DNA of 64,000 nt, from assembly GCA_032249235.1 (NCBI GenBank), contig JAVVGF010000003.1, positions 96,001 through 160,000 on the forward strand, read 5' to 3'. This stretch comes from Thermoproteota archaeon (GTDB lineage Archaea; Thermoproteota; Thermoprotei; Gearchaeales; Gearchaeaceae). Within the stretch, counting starts at the first letter, position 1. Every line of letters begins with the position of its first letter. The notes under the pieces are model-generated. The model was not told the DNA's origin. It did no database searches and worked only from the letters and a program-made list of their open reading frames with translations. Below, piece by piece: positions 60,670 through 64,000 of this stretch. The position numbers and the translations under genes are program-made.

Positions 60670-61796
60670 TCTTCACTCTTTTTAAAAATTGAAGATATAT
60701 TAAATTTAACTAAAGGTCTTGTTCCTGCAATAACATTTCCAGAAGATTTATCAATCGCAACGAAATATTCTTTTTTATCCCAATTATACTTAACCACTAC
60801 TATAGGAACGTATATGAGCTCTGGACTTCCTACAATGTTAGCGTTTACATTGAAAGTCACTATGTTTGAATATCGCTTCTTTACATGCTCCAATGCCTTG
60901 CTAATTGCTATTGACGAAGCTTCTTTCTCATCTAATTCTACTGAAAGCATGTTAGGAACATATTTCAAAGGTTGTTTAGAGCTTAAAGGTAATTTGTATT
61001 TCTCTAAATCTGGCTGAAACTCTGAATTTGCTCTTGCTATTATAGGAACTTCATATGTTTCAGCAATTTGAAATCTTTGCCTTATTTGTCTAGTTATTAC
61101 TTGCTTACCTATCGTCTCTGTAACATATCTTAGAGTCTCTACATAACCATTCAAGCTAACAACGATATGCCAAATTGGTACATAATTATCTTGAACAACT
61201 CTCATGTTTGCGCTTTTTGCAGCTCCTCTTGTTACGAAAATACCTTTAGCTATGAAATCTTCTGCAATTTTAAATGCATCTATATCTGAAGCATTCAATA
61301 TGCCTATTTGAGGTATTGGTTTTGAAGCATCTGCGTTATTCACAAATCCACAATATTCGCAAATTATCAGCCAAGGTAATGTTTCACCACCAATATTTAA
61401 AGGAGCTCCACAATTTTGACATTTCTCTAATTTAATTCTTTGAGGTGCTTGAGTTTGTTGTTCAGCTTGAGCTTTCTCTTCTTCCTTCTTCTTTATATTC
61501 TCTAAATTGAGCTTTTCTTTATAGGGAACAAATTTTGATTTATCAGGAAATGCTTCATACAAAGTTTCATCAAGGAAAGGTATTATTTCATCCTCAATAT
61601 AACCTTGAACGATTAAATCATCATTCTCACTAGATAAAACAACTGTACCTTTTTTGAAGAGACCCTTTTTCCAATGAACTATGCTCGTGATCTTGCTCGT
61701 TTCTAATTCTGTTTTATAACCGTTTTGAGCAAGCTTATCTGCTAAAATTTTAGCTACATAAGCATGATCAATTCCTACTCCTTGATATCTTACCAC
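60666..61796 (-). CDS. Zinc-ribbon protein (YdjG-like)
   Basis: CQNCGAPL..CEYCG, YVPIW, YVPIVVVKY..AIDKSSGNVIAG. Confidence 0.7.
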   Translation of the reverse strand: MVRYQGVGIDHAYVAKILADKLAQNGYKTELETSKITSIVHWKKGLFKKGTVVLSSENDDLIVQGYIEDEIIPFLDETLYEAFPDKSKFVPYKEKLNLENIKKKEEEKAQAEQQTQAPQRIKLEKCQNCGAPLNIGGETLPWLIICEYCGFVNNADASKPIPQIGILNASDIDAFKIAEDFIAKGIFVTRGAAKSANMRVVQDNYVPIWHIVVSLNGYVETLRYVTETIGKQVITRQIRQRFQIAETYEVPIIARANSEFQPDLEKYKLPLSSKQPLKYVPNMLSVELDEKEASSIAISKALEHVKKRYSNIVTFNVNANIVGSPELIYVPIVVVKYNWDKKEYFVAIDKSSGNVIAGTRPLVKFNISSIFKKSEE

Positions 61797-61832
61797 ATGC
61801 TTTATTAAACTAAAAAGATTTAAATTTTGAGC

Positions 61833-62375
61833 TTAAATGTTCTTCAAATATTCACTGAAATATTTTTCTAATTTAACTAATTTTGGAGAAATAACAAATA
61901 TACAATATGGATTATATGGATTTTTATCATAATAATCTATATGGTAATCTTCTGCTCTATAAAAAGCTTTTAATTCTTTTAATTCTGTTACTATAGGCTT
62001 TTTATATATTTTCTCAGCTTCTTTAATTTCTTCTTCAGCAATCTTCTTTTGTTCCTCATTCGTATAAAGGATAATTGAACGATATTGCGTACCTATATCA
62101 TTTCCTTGCCTATTAAGAGTTGTAGGATCATGAATGCTGAAGAATATTTTAAGCAGTTCCCTATAAGATATTACATTCGGATCGAAAGTTATTCTTACTA
62201 CTTCAGCATGACCAGTTTCTCCTGTGCAAACCTCTTCATATGTAGGATTTTCTTTCCAACCTCCTGCATAACCAGGTTCAACTTTGATAACTCCTTTAAT
62301 CCTCTTAAAGACAGCTTCAGTGCACCAAAAACATCCACCTCCTAAAACTGCGATTTCAAGGTTCTCATTTTGCAT
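61833..62375 (-). CDS. msrA: Peptide methionine sulfoxide reductase MsrA
   Basis: GGGCFWC, YEEVC, GHAE, HDPT, QYRS, AEDYH. Start placed at ATG 62375. Confidence 0.95.
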   Translation of the reverse strand: MQNENLEIAVLGGGCFWCTEAVFKRIKGVIKVEPGYAGGWKENPTYEEVCTGETGHAEVVRITFDPNVISYRELLKIFFSIHDPTTLNRQGNDIGTQYRSIILYTNEEQKKIAEEEIKEAEKIYKKPIVTELKELKAFYRAEDYHIDYYDKNPYNPYCIFVISPKLVKLEKYFSEYLKNI

Positions 62376-62414
62376 AGGTATATTTATTTCACAAAATTTA
62401 TTTAATTTCAAGAA

Positions 62415-62963
62415 ATGAATTTTAAAAAAATAATATCTTACACATGTTTCTTGGGAATTGCATCATTCATAATTACTGTTGCCTTATCAACATATTATAA
62501 CCCATGGTTTAGTATATTTAAAAATGCTTTCAGCGATTTAGGAGCACCTTCAGCAAATCTTCCTTGGATATATAACTACGGTTTAATCGTTACTTCAATA
62601 TTCATAATCCTCTATTCTATCTTCATAATTTTATCAGCAAGCAATAAACTCGAAGTTATAAGCGGGGCTTTCTTCTTTGTAGCAGGCATATTTCTTTCTT
62701 TAATTGGCATATATCCTGCAGGAACCAGACCTCATGTTTTCGTTTCAACTTATTTTTTTATACAAAGCGATATTGCAATATTAAGCTGGAGCCTTGGAAT
62801 TCTAAATAAAAACAGAAAAATCGGCTTAGTATTCTTGATAATAGCTATAGTTTCTCCTTTAATAGGCTTCATCATTGAATGGCCTTCTGTAGCATTACAA
62901 GAAAGTTTCGGGATAATCATAATAACTATTTGGGCAATAACAGTCTTTTTTATTTATAAATGA
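62415..62963 (+). CDS. DUF998 membrane protein
   Basis: [22 protein letters not shown]; about 5-6 TM segments. Confidence 0.8.
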   Translation: MNFKKIISYTCFLGIASFIITVALSTYYNPWFSIFKNAFSDLGAPSANLPWIYNYGLIVTSIFIILYSIFIILSASNKLEVISGAFFFVAGIFLSLIGIYPAGTRPHVFVSTYFFIQSDIAILSWSLGILNKNRKIGLVFLIIAIVSPLIGFIIEWPSVALQESFGIIIITIWAITVFFIYK

Positions 62964-63039
62964 AAAGTATGAACATAATAAAACATGTTAAAAATTCGCA
63001 ATTTAAAATAAAATAAAATTTTGATCTTTATTCATTTAT

Positions 63040-63528
63040 ATGAAAGAAGTCAATTGGGATTCTGAAGGCCCTTATTTCGAAGATCTAGAAATAGGTATGA
63101 AAATTAAATCTTGGCCTAGAAGAACATTAAGCAATATTGATAATTTATTTTGGCTTTCGCTTAGTGGTGATCAAACAGCGATATATACTGATGAGAATTT
63201 TGCAAGGAGTCTAAGATATAAAGAGAGACCGATCAACAATAATTACTTAATAAATTTAGTCTTAGGGATGAGCATTAAAGATACTAGCAAGAACAGTTTA
63301 GCTTTAGTGAATATAGATTATGCAAAAGTACTTAAACCTGTTTATAGCGGCGAAACTATTGAAGTTGAATCAGAAGTTATCGAGAAGAGAGAATCGAAAA
63401 CTCGAAAAGAAGTAGGAATCGTGACATGGATACATAGAGGTCTTAATGAAAGAGGAGAAATCGTTGTTGAAATAAGGAGAACAAACCTCGTATATAAGAA
63501 AATGTACTCACCTTTTAAAAATGAATGA
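63040..63528 (+). CDS. MaoC-like hot-dog fold dehydratase subunit
   Basis: YFEDLEIG, KPVYSGETI, KRESKTR. Confidence 0.85.
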   Translation: MKEVNWDSEGPYFEDLEIGMKIKSWPRRTLSNIDNLFWLSLSGDQTAIYTDENFARSLRYKERPINNNYLINLVLGMSIKDTSKNSLALVNIDYAKVLKPVYSGETIEVESEVIEKRESKTRKEVGIVTWIHRGLNERGEIVVEIRRTNLVYKKMYSPFKNE

Positions 63529-63994
63529 AGAATTTGGTTATTTAGGTAAGTTCTTTGAAGATTTAAAGGTAGGTGAAATAATAGTTCATAAGTATGGTCG
63601 TACTGTAACGTATGATTTAAATTTATTATTTACTAACTTTTTGCTAAACGACTCTCCTTTGCATTCAGATTCGAATTACATGGAAAAGACCGAGTTTAAA
63701 CAAATTCTTTTGTTATCTAGTATGACATTAGCTGTTGCAATAGGTATTGCATCGCTCGATTTCAAGAATATAGTATGGGATGAAGGAATTTATAATGTAA
63801 AGTTTTTGAAACCAGTTTTCAACGGTGATACTTTAAGAGTCATCACAGAAATAATGGAATTAAGAGAGCATGAAGAAAGAAAAGAACTAGGAATCGTAAA
63901 ACTAAAGCATGAAGTATACAAAAATGGATATGAAGAAAAAGTATGTGAATTTGAAAGAGTTATTTGGTTATTAAAGAAAGAATATTTCAAATGA
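63521..63994 (+). CDS. MaoC-like hot-dog fold dehydratase subunit
   Basis: FFEDLKVG, NDSPLH, KPVFNGDTL. Confidence 0.85.
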   Translation: MNEEFGYLGKFFEDLKVGEIIVHKYGRTVTYDLNLLFTNFLLNDSPLHSDSNYMEKTEFKQILLLSSMTLAVAIGIASLDFKNIVWDEGIYNVKFLKPVFNGDTLRVITEIMELREHEERKELGIVKLKHEVYKNGYEEKVCEFERVIWLLKKEYFK

Positions 63995-64000
63995 AATGAA

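Noticed and set aside
1770-63990. Numerous 60-125 aa ORFs antisense to or nested in well-supported genes (e.g. 1770-1976, 19580-19942, 23855-24229, 45076-45429, 50860-51234)
   Set aside because: They overlap confident CDS, have Ser/Phe/Ile-rich shadow composition and show no motifs.
1-64000. tRNA/rRNA genes and intact transposases or integrases
   Set aside because: No extended GC-rich structured segments or recombinase motifs were seen; not confirmed with tRNAscan or Infernal.

Overview
AT-rich (by eye about 30% GC), gene-dense window from an archaeon, most likely a thermophilic, O2-tolerant TACK/Thermoproteota lineage. The basis is PaREP1, DUF234, TrpB2, Trm14, a SAMP/E1 pair, TATA boxes about 25-30 nt upstream of apparently leaderless starts, and many GTG starts; the taxonomy is inference. 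It holds about 65 CDS, mostly heterotrophic metabolism (acyl-CoA ligases, 3-hydroxyacyl-CoA dehydrogenase/hydratase, peptidase, PQQ sugar dehydrogenase, NDH-2), plus five toxin-antitoxin-like loci. I found no rRNA, tRNA, CRISPR array or intact transposase. Main leads: (1) a three-gene heme-copper oxidase operon that looks eNOR-like but keeps the active-site Tyr (HSAQY), with an uncalled 51-aa subunit, a palindromic operator and a Cys-rich HTH regulator; (2) a GC-rich, alternatively pairing 5' leader on trpB2 carrying an overlapping Trp-containing 12-aa uORF; (3) a tight thrC-like/SAMP/E1/homoserine kinase operon; (4) two acylphosphatase paralogs with independently expanded 21-bp heptad repeats, one a Phe zipper; (5) a lactonase/HOT/FAD oxidoreductase/channel cluster suggesting lactone-GHB catabolism; (6) a zinc-ribbon/SPFH membrane operon. 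All family assignments come from motif recognition by eye; no database searches were run.
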